Source: Leucoraja ocellata (Eukaryota). Taken from it: 64,000 nt of DNA. Every line of letters begins with the position of its first letter. The stretch's first letter is position 1. Where the stretch lies: NCBI GenBank assembly GCA_036785375.1, contig JAWMAR010000350.1, forward strand, positions 2,418,001 through 2,482,000, given 5' to 3'. This document shows positions 12,513 to 24,029 of this stretch, one piece after another. Below the pieces are notes generated by a model. That model worked only from the letters and a program-made list of their open reading frames with translations. It searched no databases and was not told the origin of the DNA. Both the position numbers and the translations under genes were made by a program.

Positions 12513-13989
12513 AAGCTCATGAGGGATAGGGAGGTCTGTGAAGAGCACATATGTCAAATCTCAATGAATGGCAAAGCAGGCTCAAAGGGCTGAGCATGTG
12601 ATAGCTCATCTATCCATGGTCTATTGTCAATTCATTGTCTGTCCATTTGTCTATCCATTTCCCTCCACAGATGCTGCCTGGCCCACCAAGTACCTCCAGC
12701 ACTTTGTTTCTGGCTCAAGTTTATAGCTTCTGCTGTTCCTTGTGTCTCCGTGGCTTGGTAGCAATATTATTAAACTATAAATTCATGTTTCTATCGTTAC
12801 CACCAAGCACTAAATTAATTTTCTTCCAAGAACCGGACCCTTGAAGATCCCTCTCCAATCCATCATAGAGAATAACGGCCTTCACCCCTCGCCTCTCACA
12901 TGACGATGATCCCCTAAATCTCAAAATAAACTCTCTTGAATGGTATCTCCAGATTTCTGAGTAAATATCAATTATTAAGCGGTTTAGACGGATATAGAGG
13001 ATAGTTGATCATTCTTCATTTTGAGGGTAAAGAAAGGAAGTGATTTTTTTTTTGGTAGGTGGATTCTTGTTTGTCAGTTTGCTGTTCTGCAACTCGGTGT
13101 GACTGTCTGGAGAAAGCAATGACCCTTTGTACCTGCAACTGCCATTTCCAAGCTGTCCCTGGCAGGTTGCTGTTCCATCTCCCACTGCCTTCCTGTAATT
13201 TGCACTTAATGTTTGTCCTTTCTAATTGAAGTTTGTTGGTGCTGGCTTTGAGCAACATTTTCGTTTGCAAACAAAATGCAGACTATGAGGAAGGAAACTG
13301 TCGGTAACAATCCTTTCAGCCCAGTATCTGCTTTCAACCCCTGAGGTGCGGGCTGCCTTTCAGAATCTCTACTTTGATTTTTAGATTGACAAACCTGTGC
13401 CAGATGCTGAGGAAATACAGGGTGCAGTGGTAAAGAGGTAAGAATGGGGACCCTGGGGTTGTTTGTGAACAGCAAAGATTGAAATTTATCAATAAATAGT
13501 AAAATAAATTGTGATTTTCGGAAATTTGAAATAAAAACAGAAAATGTTCAACAACACTCACTCAGTCAGTCAGGTAGCATCTGTGGTGAACGAAACACAG
13601 TTAGCTGCTGGGCAGACTTGGATGGCCACAGTTTGATAAATACTCATATCATCACCCAATGGGTTCCAGCTTTAGATGTAAAATTGCCACACCTATTCAA
13701 ATTACATAACTGAGTGATGGAGCTCAGAACTACAGCTCCCACAGTATCTCTGCCACTAGTGCTGAATGTTTCCAGCCTTTACTGATTTTATTAATATTTG
13801 TCCAGTTCATTTGCTCAGATCATTGCATCAAGATTCTGCACTAGTGTCCATGGGTGTGGTTTGCTTTGAGTTCAAGTTCCGCATTGGCAGCTTGCAATTT
13901 ATAATCAAGTAGAGAATTAGATCTGGAATGGAAAGTTAGTATCAGGAAAATACAGCCTTTAAAGCCAACCTTGTCCAAGGAAAATACTT

Positions 13990-14275
13990 TACTTTAGATT
14001 TTACTTTCGAAATACAGTGCGGAAACAGGCCCTTCGGCCCACCATGTCGACACCGACCAGTATTCACCCTGTACGCCAGCCTACACACTGGGGACAATCT
14101 TGCAATTTTCACCGAATCAATTTAACCTACATGTCTTTGGAATGTGGGTGGAAACCGGAGCACCCGGAGAAAACCCATGTGATCCTAGGGATAAAGTACA
14201 AACTCCATACAGACAACAGCCATAGTCAGGATCGAACCTGGGTCTCTGACGCTGTAAGGCAGCTACTCCACCGCC
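13990..14275 (-). mobile_element. HE1/V-SINE
   Basis: Reverse complement of the tRNA head, V domain (GGAAACCGGAGCACCCGGAGAAAACCCA) and CR1-like tail GGCCGAAGGGCCTGTTTCC. Confidence 0.85.
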
Positions 14276-15179
14276 CCTCAATCGGTCATTCTCACACAGG
14301 AGGTTCTCTGTATGGCCCCACAGCAGCAATAACGTGATTGTTTTGTAACTGGTTCTGAAATGATTTTGCAAACTGCTCCGACTGGGGACAGGTAAAGGCC
14401 CAGCCAACGATACTTACAGCCGATGAAATAATGAATAAAGAGTGGAGGCAGGCAATCTCTGCACCCTAATAACCAACTCAAAAACTAGGACCATAGACAT
14501 GTGCGCACGTTAACCCACTCCCCATCCCATCAAATCAAAATTAAAGATGTGCCCTTGAAGAGCTTGCAAATGTAGATTCCTGCATTACCCGATCATTTGG
14601 GCAAATAGAGGTAGTAACTTTTGATTCCATTCCATTATAGTTGATCAGGAGAATCCAATAGTCTTACAATATTTACTTCAATCTACCTCATTGTAGAATG
14701 AGTCAGCCCTACAATATGTCTGAATAATTTCAGGCGGATGTCTTTATGCCAGTTTTGGTGCTACATCACGCAGTTTTCTCCTATCTCAGCTCCTCCCTGT
14801 GCAACTCCTGGAGCTCTCCCCAGCCATTGTTCAGGCCACATAGGCAGGTAAGGGTTAACAACCTCCATTCCCTCTGTGAGGCCCTGCGGCAGGCAACTAG
14901 CCTGCCAGTGTCACTGCTCCACAGCCCTAGTTATGAACAAGAGGAGTAGTGAAGTGAAGAATGAGTCACCATGAAAACAACTTCCTTTACTACATTCAGA
15001 CTTTCCGATCATCTTGTGGAATGATTATCACTGGCAAAAGCCATCTTATGATATTCAAAATTAATGGAGTTTGACCACAGTTAAAATGCTTCATATAGAG
15101 TAATTCTTTTGTCACTGTTTATTTTCCTCCATTTATAAGCAATGAATCACTGTTACCTGCATGTTCAAGCAGTCAGTCC

Positions 15180-15242
15180 TATTTCCTTCGCTCCATAGAT
15201 GCTGCTGCACCCGCTGAGTTTCTCCAGCTTTTTTTTGTGTAA
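15180..15242 (+). mobile_element. Very short Penelope pLTR insertion with 10-bp TSD
   Basis: CAGTCAGTCC at 15170-15179 and 15243-15252. Confidence 0.8.
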
Positions 15243-15558
15243 CAGTCAGTCCCAGTCATCTATTTGACCAAGGTTGCCTCTACAGAGAGAACCTCTTAAA
15301 GTTCCCTCTTAAACACTGTGAACAAGGTTCCCTCTTAAACACTGTGTGCCTCTACAGAGAGATTGGATCGTCTTTTTATCCATTATACACTCAATTCCTC
15401 ACATTCACACCTGAATACTGGTCAATATTTTTCCTGATTCTTCCCAGCAGAAAAGCTCAGTACTTTTGGTCGAGTCGGGAACAACAAAATTAGTAAAGAC
15501 TGAGAATCAAATCTGTGTCATTCCTGCTCTGCATGTGTCAGTATTACATTACATATTG

Positions 15559-17111
15559 TTCAAGAAGGAACTGCAGATGCTGGAAAATCGAAGGTACACA
15601 AAAATGCTGGAGAAACTCAGCGGGTGCAGCAGCATCTATGGAGCGAAGGAAATAGGTAACGTTTCGGGCCGAACCCCTTCTTCAGACTGATAGGGGGTGG
15701 CGGGGAGAAAGAAGGAAAAAGGAGGAGGAGGAGCCCGAGGGCTGGGAGATGGGAGGAGACAGCCCGAGGGCTGAGGAAGGATTGTTCGACGTTGTTCAAT
15801 ACGTACCAGGGCCCCATCCCCGACCTCTACCTCCGTTACATCGACGACTGCTTTGGGGCCACCTCCTGCACCCACACACAACTGACTGACTTCATCCACT
15901 TCACCACCAACTTCCATCCGGCACTCAAATACACCTGGACTATTTCCAACACTTCCCTACCATTCCTTGACCTCACTATCTCCATCGCAGGTGATAGACT
16001 TCTGACCGACATCTACTATAAACCCACTGACTCCCATGGCTATCTGGACTACACTTCTTCCCACCCTGCTTCCTGTAAGGACTCCATCCCCTACTCCCAA
16101 TTCTTCCGCCTACGCCGCATCTGCTCCCAGGATGAGGCGTTCCACACCAGGGCATCTGAAATGTCCTCATTCTTCAGGGAACGGGGGTTCCCCTCCTCCA
16201 CCATAGATGAGGCTCGCACCAGGGTCTCTTCCATACCCCGCAACACCGCTCTCTCTCCCCATCCCCGCACTCGCAACAAGGGCAGAGCCCCCTAGTCCTC
16301 ACCTTTCACCCCACCAGCCGTCACATACAACCAATAATCCTCCGTCATTTCCGCCACCTCCAACATGATCCCACCACTCGCCACATCTTCCCATCTCCCC
16401 CTATGTCTGCCTTCCGCAAAGACCGTTCCCTCCGCAACTCCCTTGTCAATTCTTCCCTTCCCTCCCGTACCACCCCCTTCCCGGGCATTTCCGTTGTAAC
16501 CGCAAGAAATGCAACACCTGTCCCTTTACCTCCCCCCTCGACTCCATTCAAGGACCCAAGCAGTCGTTCCAGGTGCAACAGAGGTTCACCTGCATCTCCT
16601 CCAACCTCACCTACTGCATCCGTTGCTCTAGATGTCAAATGATAAATGATCTACATCAGTGAGACTAAGCGGAGGTTGGGCGATCACTTCGCTGAACACC
16701 TCCGCTCAGTCCGCAATAACCTACCTGAACTCCCGGTGGCTCAGCACTTCAACTCCCCCTCCCATTCCCAATCCGATCTTTCTGTCCTGGGTCTCCTCCA
16801 TTGCCAAAGTGAGCAACACCAAAATTTGGAGGAACAGCACCTCATATTTTGCTTGGGGAGTCTGCATCCTGCGGGCATGAACATTGAATTCTCCCAATTT
16901 TGTTAGCCCTCGCTGTCTCCTCCCCTTCCTCAGCCCTCGGGCTGTCTCCTCCCATCCCCCAGCCCTCGGGCTCCTCCTCCTCCTTTATCCTTCCTTCTCC
17001 CCACCACCCCCTATCAGTCTGAAGAAGGGTTTCGGCCCGAAACGTTACCTATTTCCTTCGCTCCATAGATGCTGCTGCACCCGCTGAGTTTCTCCTGCAT
17101 TTTTGTGTACC
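15559..17111 (+). mobile_element. 5'-truncated Penelope-like element (Neptune type): RT C-half, Cys-rich linker, GIY-YIG endonuclease, 3' pLTR and inverted 5' pLTR
   Basis: YLRYIDD RT motif (ORF 15792-16295); CNRKKCNTC linker at about 16495-16521; YISETKRRLGDHFAEH GIY-YIG remnant (ORF 16646-16906). Inverted pLTR 15559-15780 matches 16900-17111. TSD TTACATT(A/G)CATATTG at 15544-15558 and 17112-17126. Frameshifts present. Confidence 0.95.
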
Positions 17112-17879
17112 TTACATTGCATATTGCTTTTGTTATATACCCTTCATTCTCTGTAGTTTTAAGACAACAGACATTCAGTGCTGCTCCAACCATTTGCTCT
17201 GGAGAATACTGCGGCTCCCATGGATTGGAATGTGCTGACAGCAGAAGGTCATCATCTAGTGTAAAAGATTCAGTTTGTGAATGTACCTTCACTTTACACA
17301 CAGCTCGTGCATCCGATTGCTGTGGTTGGCTTTGTTTCCTCCATATTCAGTTGAGGAAGTTCAAGGGAAGTGAATGAATAGCTGAAGTTTATATCACCAT
17401 TTTTAGTTTGCCTTGAGTCATCTGTTTTAGTACAGCACTCCTTGAGGTTGAGGGCTTTGATCAACTGCTTGCAACCCTTTGTGGTCAGAGAATCCAACCT
17501 CCAAAGAAAATACTTTCTGGATTGCTAGAAAAGATAAAGATCAGTGGGAGTCACTGTGAGTTTGTGGCAATGATCCCACCAGCAGCATGTAGGAAGTGAG
17601 TCGGGGGATGGCTAACACATATGGCCATTTATCTATCACAACTCAGATGCAGAATGTAGATGTGTAACAGTGATTTCCAAAACACAGGACAACAATGGCT
17701 ACATCTGTTTGCCAAAAATCATGAAGTTTGTGCTCAAGATCACAACCTATTAGCCAGACCTCTAGCTGGAAGTGAAGGAAGAATTACAAATTCCTTTGTC
17801 CCTGAGACCCGTCCTGATGGAATGTAACTCTTGCTGAGTCACAGCAATCAGGCATTGGAGCCAGATGATGGCCAGTCCA

Positions 17880-18480
17880 GCAGTCGCCACTGAAAGCAAA
17901 CTTGGAAACGCAGCAAGTAGGTAATAATGCAAATAGCATTTTGACCTTTATGGCAATGGGTTCTGAGTATAGTGGTAAGGTGGTCTTGCCACAATTATAC
18001 AGGGCCTTGGTAAAACTGAATTGTATGCAGTTTTTGTCTCTTTTCGTAAAGGACGGTATATGTGCCATGGAGGAAGTGCAGTGAAAGTTCATCATGGTGG
18101 GACAATTATCAGAGGAGAGCCTGGGTGGACATGGCCTGTATCGATTGGAAGTTATAAGAATGAAAGGGATCTCATTCAAGCATATAGAATTCTAATAGGG
18201 TGGTAAGACTGTATGTGGATTAAATGGTTTCACGAGCTGAAAGGATCCAAAACGAGGGGACACATTCTCTTTTTAGAACAGAGAAGAGAAGAAATTGATT
18301 CCAGAAGGTGAACAAGCTATGAAATTCTCTATCACAGATAGCGATGAAGTCCAAAGTGCTGAAAATATTTAACAAGGTAGATACATTTCCGAAAGCAAAA
18401 GACATCAATTTCCTTGATGATAGTGAGATCATGGGGGCGTGATATTCCAAGGCATATTGATATTAAGAACATAGAATAAG
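17880..18480 (+). mobile_element. Old degraded CR1 3' fragment
   Basis: ANSILTF..EY..VVLPQLYRALVK remnants. Confidence 0.7.
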
Positions 18481-19249
18481 TTCAGCATAGTAACTTTATC
18501 TGTTTATTTATTGTATATATATGTTCTATGGTATATAGACACACTGAACTTTTATCTCTTGTTCCGTATTATGTTCACAGATTTCATTGTCCTATCTGAG
18601 ACACATGACAATAAAACTTTCTTGACTCTTCTCTTGACTTGACTCTTGAGTTGCAAAGTTTAAGAGATAATAGAGTGAATGTCCTACTCCTGCCATTTTC
18701 TATTATTCGATATAATGGGTGATTTAGTGACATAGTTGAAGGGACATTTTACCACTTCCCACACTTTTGTGTTATAATGTTAAAAGCAGTTAAGAACTGT
18801 GTCAGCATAGTAGCTGGAGTGTGATTGTCTGACATGATTTTATTTGCAAACAATTACCGTTGTAAGTACTGCAGTTTAGATTGATATCCATTCTTCTATT
18901 TTTCACATAATGACTGTTACATCACGCGGTGTTTCATACTCATACACTTTCTGGGTCCTTATTGTAGTGTGTTCTACCTAAGGTGTGTCTCAACATTTTA
19001 TATTTTATCTTATCTTCCTCGAGAAATACCTTACATATTGATATTGTACCAATTGTAACCCAACCCAGCAAGCCCAAAACCACTCAAAATACCAAAACTA
19101 AGACTGACCATATCCTAACTTTAATGTGGTCTTATAATATAAGCATTGAGCCGCTCAACCTAATCCCAGGGAGTATAGATAATGGAAAGTAAAGATAGAT
19201 AAAAACAATGCAAGTCGTAAGGCAAACTAACATTGGGTCAGGCAGTGTA

Positions 19250-19365
19250 GGAAGGTCTGCAGATGCTGGTTTTACACCGAACATGCTGAAGTAACTCAGC
19301 GGGACAGCAGCATCTCTGGAGAAAAGGAATAGGTGACGTTTCAGGTCGAGACCCTTCTTCCGACT
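19250..19365 (-). mobile_element. Penelope pLTR fragment (second subfamily)
   Basis: CTGCAGATGCTGG..AACTCAGCGGGACAGCAGCATCTCTGGAG..GTGACGTTTCAGGTCGAGACCCTTCTTC. Confidence 0.78.
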
Positions 19366-20717
19366 TCTTCAGGGCCAAGCAAACTCGAGAAATGAGAATA
19401 AGAGGAAGGAAGGGACAATTGCCTTGCCGACTTTGTATGTTTAGTTATTGGAATTATTCTCTGATTTCATCTTGATTTAATAGGTTTGTGTCACACAATG
19501 AAACTAATTGATTTTATGTGTAAGATAAAATTCTACATATGATGTGTAGCGGTGTTTGAATGCAAGAATTGCCACAATGTCCTCATGCACAAACACGTTT
19601 TTTAAAAACAGATACAATTAAAATTCTCTGAACTTTCTGAAACAAACATAATGAAAAGTCGCTGTTTAATGTGAAGCCATTTTTTGGACACATTCATATA
19701 AAAAATAATGACATGTTTGTGCCGAGTGCAGAATTAGCTTCACAACTTCTGTTACTCTAGCTTTATTGGACTCTTTCTCTTTCATTACCTCCTCTTTCTG
19801 CACAGCTCTCACACACATTCCTGTTATCTCTTTTTCTGTCTCTAGATTTTCTCTGACACCATATCTCTCTTTGTCTCAAAGCTTTCCTCTCTTTTCTTAT
19901 TTGTTACTCTATCTGTCTGCCCATCTATCTTTCTCTTTCACACAATGAAAAAAGGATTTATTTTAAATAAGCCTCTATGGCCTGGTCATGGTCCAGTCAG
20001 AGTTGCTATGGGAACACCTACGTGGATTTTCCAGCAATTCTGCACACATACACAAAATGTCAAGGTGTCTGATTTCATTCTTGGATAGCTCTAACAGCCG
20101 GACAAGTGTCTGCTAAAACTGAGCCATCTAGCGATGTGATTTGTATTATTTCTTTCTGTTTTTCTAGGTGGGGACATTTTCTGAACTTGTTGCCTCAGTC
20201 CTGTCACAGTGACCAAAATGCTTCAGAAATTAACAAGCTGCTTTTCACCCCAGATGTCTGTGCTATCCACTTGCTTTGAAAATATTTAAACTATTTGCAA
20301 TAAATTCACCCATTGTACTCTCCTCATACTGATCTATCTTTTAGTTTATTACTTTACCCAGTATGGATTTTTTTTTTAATGTTCACATTCCTTCCCTGAA
20401 TGTGGGCAAGCCTGTCATTTATTGGCTTTTTCTAATTGCCCTTGATGAAGTGGTGATGAGCCTTGTTTTTGAAACACTGCAGTCTTGATGACAAACCCCC
20501 CATTGGATTATAATCCGTAAACTGGATGTTTGAGTCACTGTGACAGTGCAAAATTTACTCAAATTAGGATGTTATGTAACTTTGAAGTTGTGGTGTTCCC
20601 AAGTGTCTGCTGCCATTGTCCTTCTTGATGGAGGTTATGACTTTGGAATGTGCAGTTAAAGAACTATTAACTAGTCCATTCGTTGTGAGATTTTACTTCG
20701 GAGTCACGTGAGTGACT

Positions 20718-20752
20718 ACGTGAAGAACCCACCCAGCGCGCAGGCGCGGCAT
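20718..20752 (+). repeat. DIRS left ITR core (pairs with 25387-25421)
   Basis: ACGTGAAGAACCCACCCAGCGCGCAGGCGCGGCAT is the exact reverse complement of 25387-25421. Confidence 0.95.
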
Positions 20753-20871
20753 TTACGTCAGCAGTGCAACAGCGGCAGCAGCTGGAGCCAGGCTCTCCAG
20801 CGGCAGCATAAAGACAAGACCTCAGGTAAGTGCCTTTTTTGTGTTACAGAGTCGCTCAACGGTGGAGAATT

Positions 20872-22092
20872 ATGGCCACTCGAAAGCGACCAGCCAGAAG
20901 GACTGCCTGCCCAACTCCACCCGAGGAGGGGTCCATAGCTGGGCGGCAGCCACTCGTAGCGGAGGAGCCATTTCAACGCTCCCGCTCACCCGACACCGAG
21001 CCGCCCCCTGTGCTGCCGATATCGACGCCCCGCACAGGGAGGAAGGCTACTCACAAAACCGACCGGCCGGTGTCCTCCGATTCATCGGAGGAACGGGAAC
21101 GCTCTCCACCACCGAAACGGGGAGACGCCCGCATCAGCTGCATGAGGCAGCTCCTGGAACAAATGATCGATGAGGAGATGCAGGCTAGGCATCTCCCAGG
21201 AGGGCGGGCTTTGGCCTCCTCCTTACCATCACCACACCCTTCTGTACCCTCTCTGTTCGAGGGCAGTAAGGGAGGCCAGGACTGGGCTGGCCTATCCCAA
21301 GGGCAGGCGGACGACAACATCAGTATGCCGGGCGTGCTAGAAGAGCTACTGGGTGTAGTGGGTCGGTACGCACCGCCCCCAACGACCGGGATGGTACTAC
21401 CACCTAGAATGGCGGCCAACATTAATAGGCTTTCCAACAAGCCGCTGCAGGACAAGGTCGTCCAGCAGGCCCTTGATACGTACACAGCGCCAGAGAATTG
21501 CGAGGCGCTGCGGGTGAAAACGGTCAACGGGCAGATATGGAACCAGCTGGGGCAGCAGATCAGGGCTCAGGAAGTAAAAATGCAGCGGGTCCTGAAGCTC
21601 CACTCAGCAGCCATCACCGCCTTTGCTCGGTCCGTCGGGAACGAAGAGCTATCCATACCCCAGCAGGATGCACTGGCGTTGATGTGCAACACCACGTACG
21701 AGCTCAACAGCCTACGGCGGGATAACATCAGGCCTGCCCTCAATCCGAAATACGCAGGCCTCTGCAAAGCTCCAGCGCCGGAACGAGAGGCGCTGCTATT
21801 TGGTGCAGATTTGGCCAAGAAACTGAAGGAGTTGGAAGAGGCGGCCAAACCGGTAGGCCTCATGAGGGCAGTGCCAGGACCGAGCAGGGTGAAGACACCC
21901 AGTTGGCAGCACGCCTCGGCATCCACCAGCAGGTACCGAGCTGGTGAAAGCCTGGTGACCGCCTCCCACTACCCCCAGAGCTCTTTTTTAGAGCGGGGCC
22001 CAGGGCGGAGCCGTGGGAAGATGCGCCGCCCCACCGCAGCACCAACACGGACAACCTTGGGCCAAACCTATCGAAAACGCCCCCACAAATAA
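20872..22092 (+). CDS. DIRS ORF1, gag-like protein (406 aa from first ATG)
   Basis: Long open frame upstream of RT with DIRS gag-like segments PENCEALRVKTVNGQIW and ELNSLRRDNIRPALNPKYAGLC..LLFGADLAKKLK. The track ORF starts at a GTG; the first ATG is at 20872. Confidence 0.88.
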   Translation: MATRKRPARRTACPTPPEEGSIAGRQPLVAEEPFQRSRSPDTEPPPVLPISTPRTGRKATHKTDRPVSSDSSEERERSPPPKRGDARISCMRQLLEQMIDEEMQARHLPGGRALASSLPSPHPSVPSLFEGSKGGQDWAGLSQGQADDNISMPGVLEELLGVVGRYAPPPTTGMVLPPRMAANINRLSNKPLQDKVVQQALDTYTAPENCEALRVKTVNGQIWNQLGQQIRAQEVKMQRVLKLHSAAITAFARSVGNEELSIPQQDALALMCNTTYELNSLRRDNIRPALNPKYAGLCKAPAPEREALLFGADLAKKLKELEEAAKPVGLMRAVPGPSRVKTPSWQHASASTSRYRAGESLVTASHYPQSSFLERGPGRSRGKMRRPTAAPTRTTLGQTYRKRPHK

Positions 22093-22094
22093 AC

Positions 22095-24029
22095 ATGGAG
22101 GTAGGTGGGTCTGGTTCCTGCCAACATACACAGACAAAGGGTGCTGTATTAACAGGAGGACGTTTGAGGTTCTTCAAGCATGTTTGGTGCTCCCTAACTA
22201 ACAATAAGTTTATACTCAACAGTATCAGTGGATACAAAATTGAATTCAAACCAGGCATAGAACCTCCAGTTCAGCACATGCCCCAAAGGGTATTCCTTCC
22301 CTCAGCATTTGAGAAGGTAGAAGGACAAGCTGAACTAGATAGGCTCGTGGCTAAAGGCATCATAGAAATGACCACACACGAGCCGCACGAATTTGTATCA
22401 AATATTTTTCTCAAATCCAAGAAAGATGGTGGATGTCGCATTATTATTGATTTGACGTCACTTAATCAGTCTGTTGAGTATCAACATTTCAAAATGGAGA
22501 CATTTGTCACTGCCAGACAACTGATCTCCAAGGGATACTACATGGCAAGCATAGATATCAAGGATGCTTACTATTTAGTACCCATTCATAAGGATTATTA
22601 CAAATATCTGAAATTTATCTGGATGGGCCAGCTGTGGCAGTACAGAGCCTTGCCCAATGGTTTAACGACAGCTCCCAGACTATTTACAAAAATTCTCAAA
22701 GTGGCCATGAAAAAATTGAGAGAACAAAAGCATTTAGTTGTGGCCTATCTGGACGATGTTCTCATATTAGGGAGAACAAGGGAACTAGCTGTCGCAGGAG
22801 TTTTAGCCACTAAACAACTCCTTGAAACTTTGGGATTCATCCTACACCCAGATAAATCTATATTGGAGCCTACTACTAACATGGATTACCTAGGCTTCAC
22901 TATTGACACTATCCATATGACTGTTACTCTGCCCAGAGACAAAAAAGTTTCACTCATCGAAGCTTGTAACCATTTAATTGCTACACCGCAACCAAGGATA
23001 CGGCACGTAGCCAGAGTCATTGGCTCTATAGTAGCAGCATTCCCGGCTGCCCAATATGGGCCCTTGCATTATCAAAATTTGCAAAGAGCAAGGAGTCATG
23101 CGCTACGTCTTAATAGGGGGCATTATGACCGCAAAATGGAGTTACCCACTGAAGCCAGATCAGAACTTCAGTGGTGGGTAGATAATATTTGGCACAGTCA
23201 CAGTCCTATCGCCGTCACCAATCCTAACATAACCATTACAACGGATGCCAGTGCTTTAGGCTGGGGAGCTACTAACTCCATAGACAGCACAGGTGGCAGA
23301 TGGACTAACTCAGAGGCATCGCTACTACAAACACTGGGCATTAACTTCTTGGAGATGCTCGCCGCCTTTTATGGGCTAAAAGCATATGCATCTGAAATGC
23401 GGCATGTGCATGTTAGAATTATGATTGACAACACAACGGCGGTATCTTATATCCAGCACATGGGTGGCATAAAATCAGTATCATGCGACAAATTGACTAC
23501 TATAATCTGGCAATGGTGTGTCGAGAGACATATTTGGCTATCAGCTGCCTATTTACCAGGGAAGCTAAATTTAGTGGCGGACACCAGGTCACGAAAATTC
23601 AACGACAACATCGAATGGATGTTGGACCCGAAACTATTTGCTAGAATTGTCAAGCAATATGGTACGCCAGATATAGATTTGTTTGCGTCTAGACTAAATC
23701 ACCAACTACCCATGTATGTGGCTTGGGAACCAGACCCAGAGGCAGCAGCGGTAGATGCCTTCACGCTGGATTGGGGAAATTTCTTTTTCTATGCTTTCCC
23801 TCCCTTCTGCCTCATCAGTCGGGTACTCCAGAAAATTCAGGCAGACTCAGCCTCCGGCATTCTGGTCGTGCCCGACTGGCCTACCCAACCATGGTTCCCA
23901 ATGTTCCACGACATGGTGGTAGAGACACCTATGGTCCTTCACAACCACCCCCAATTATTGACTCACCCGGTAACTGGCATTAGTCATCCATGCCACCAAA
24001 AATTGAACCTCCTGGTTTCCAGATTCTGA
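22095..24029 (+). CDS. DIRS ORF2: reverse transcriptase, RNase H and Dam-like methyltransferase domain (644 aa)
   Basis: GGRL, KKDGGCRIIIDL, DIKDAY, LPNGL and YLDD (22746-22757); RNase H TTDAS..GWG, E, DN..AV, ADTRSR; C-terminal DLFAS..FPPF..P.WP.QPW. Confidence 0.97.
   Translation: MEVGGSGSCQHTQTKGAVLTGGRLRFFKHVWCSLTNNKFILNSISGYKIEFKPGIEPPVQHMPQRVFLPSAFEKVEGQAELDRLVAKGIIEMTTHEPHEFVSNIFLKSKKDGGCRIIIDLTSLNQSVEYQHFKMETFVTARQLISKGYYMASIDIKDAYYLVPIHKDYYKYLKFIWMGQLWQYRALPNGLTTAPRLFTKILKVAMKKLREQKHLVVAYLDDVLILGRTRELAVAGVLATKQLLETLGFILHPDKSILEPTTNMDYLGFTIDTIHMTVTLPRDKKVSLIEACNHLIATPQPRIRHVARVIGSIVAAFPAAQYGPLHYQNLQRARSHALRLNRGHYDRKMELPTEARSELQWWVDNIWHSHSPIAVTNPNITITTDASALGWGATNSIDSTGGRWTNSEASLLQTLGINFLEMLAAFYGLKAYASEMRHVHVRIMIDNTTAVSYIQHMGGIKSVSCDKLTTIIWQWCVERHIWLSAAYLPGKLNLVADTRSRKFNDNIEWMLDPKLFARIVKQYGTPDIDLFASRLNHQLPMYVAWEPDPEAAAVDAFTLDWGNFFFYAFPPFCLISRVLQKIQADSASGILVVPDWPTQPWFPMFHDMVVETPMVLHNHPQLLTHPVTGISHPCHQKLNLLVSRF

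Noticed and set aside
20826-20849. 24-nt GT..AG mini-intron before gag
   Set aside because: Too short for vertebrate splicing; the donor more plausibly pairs with a distant acceptor.
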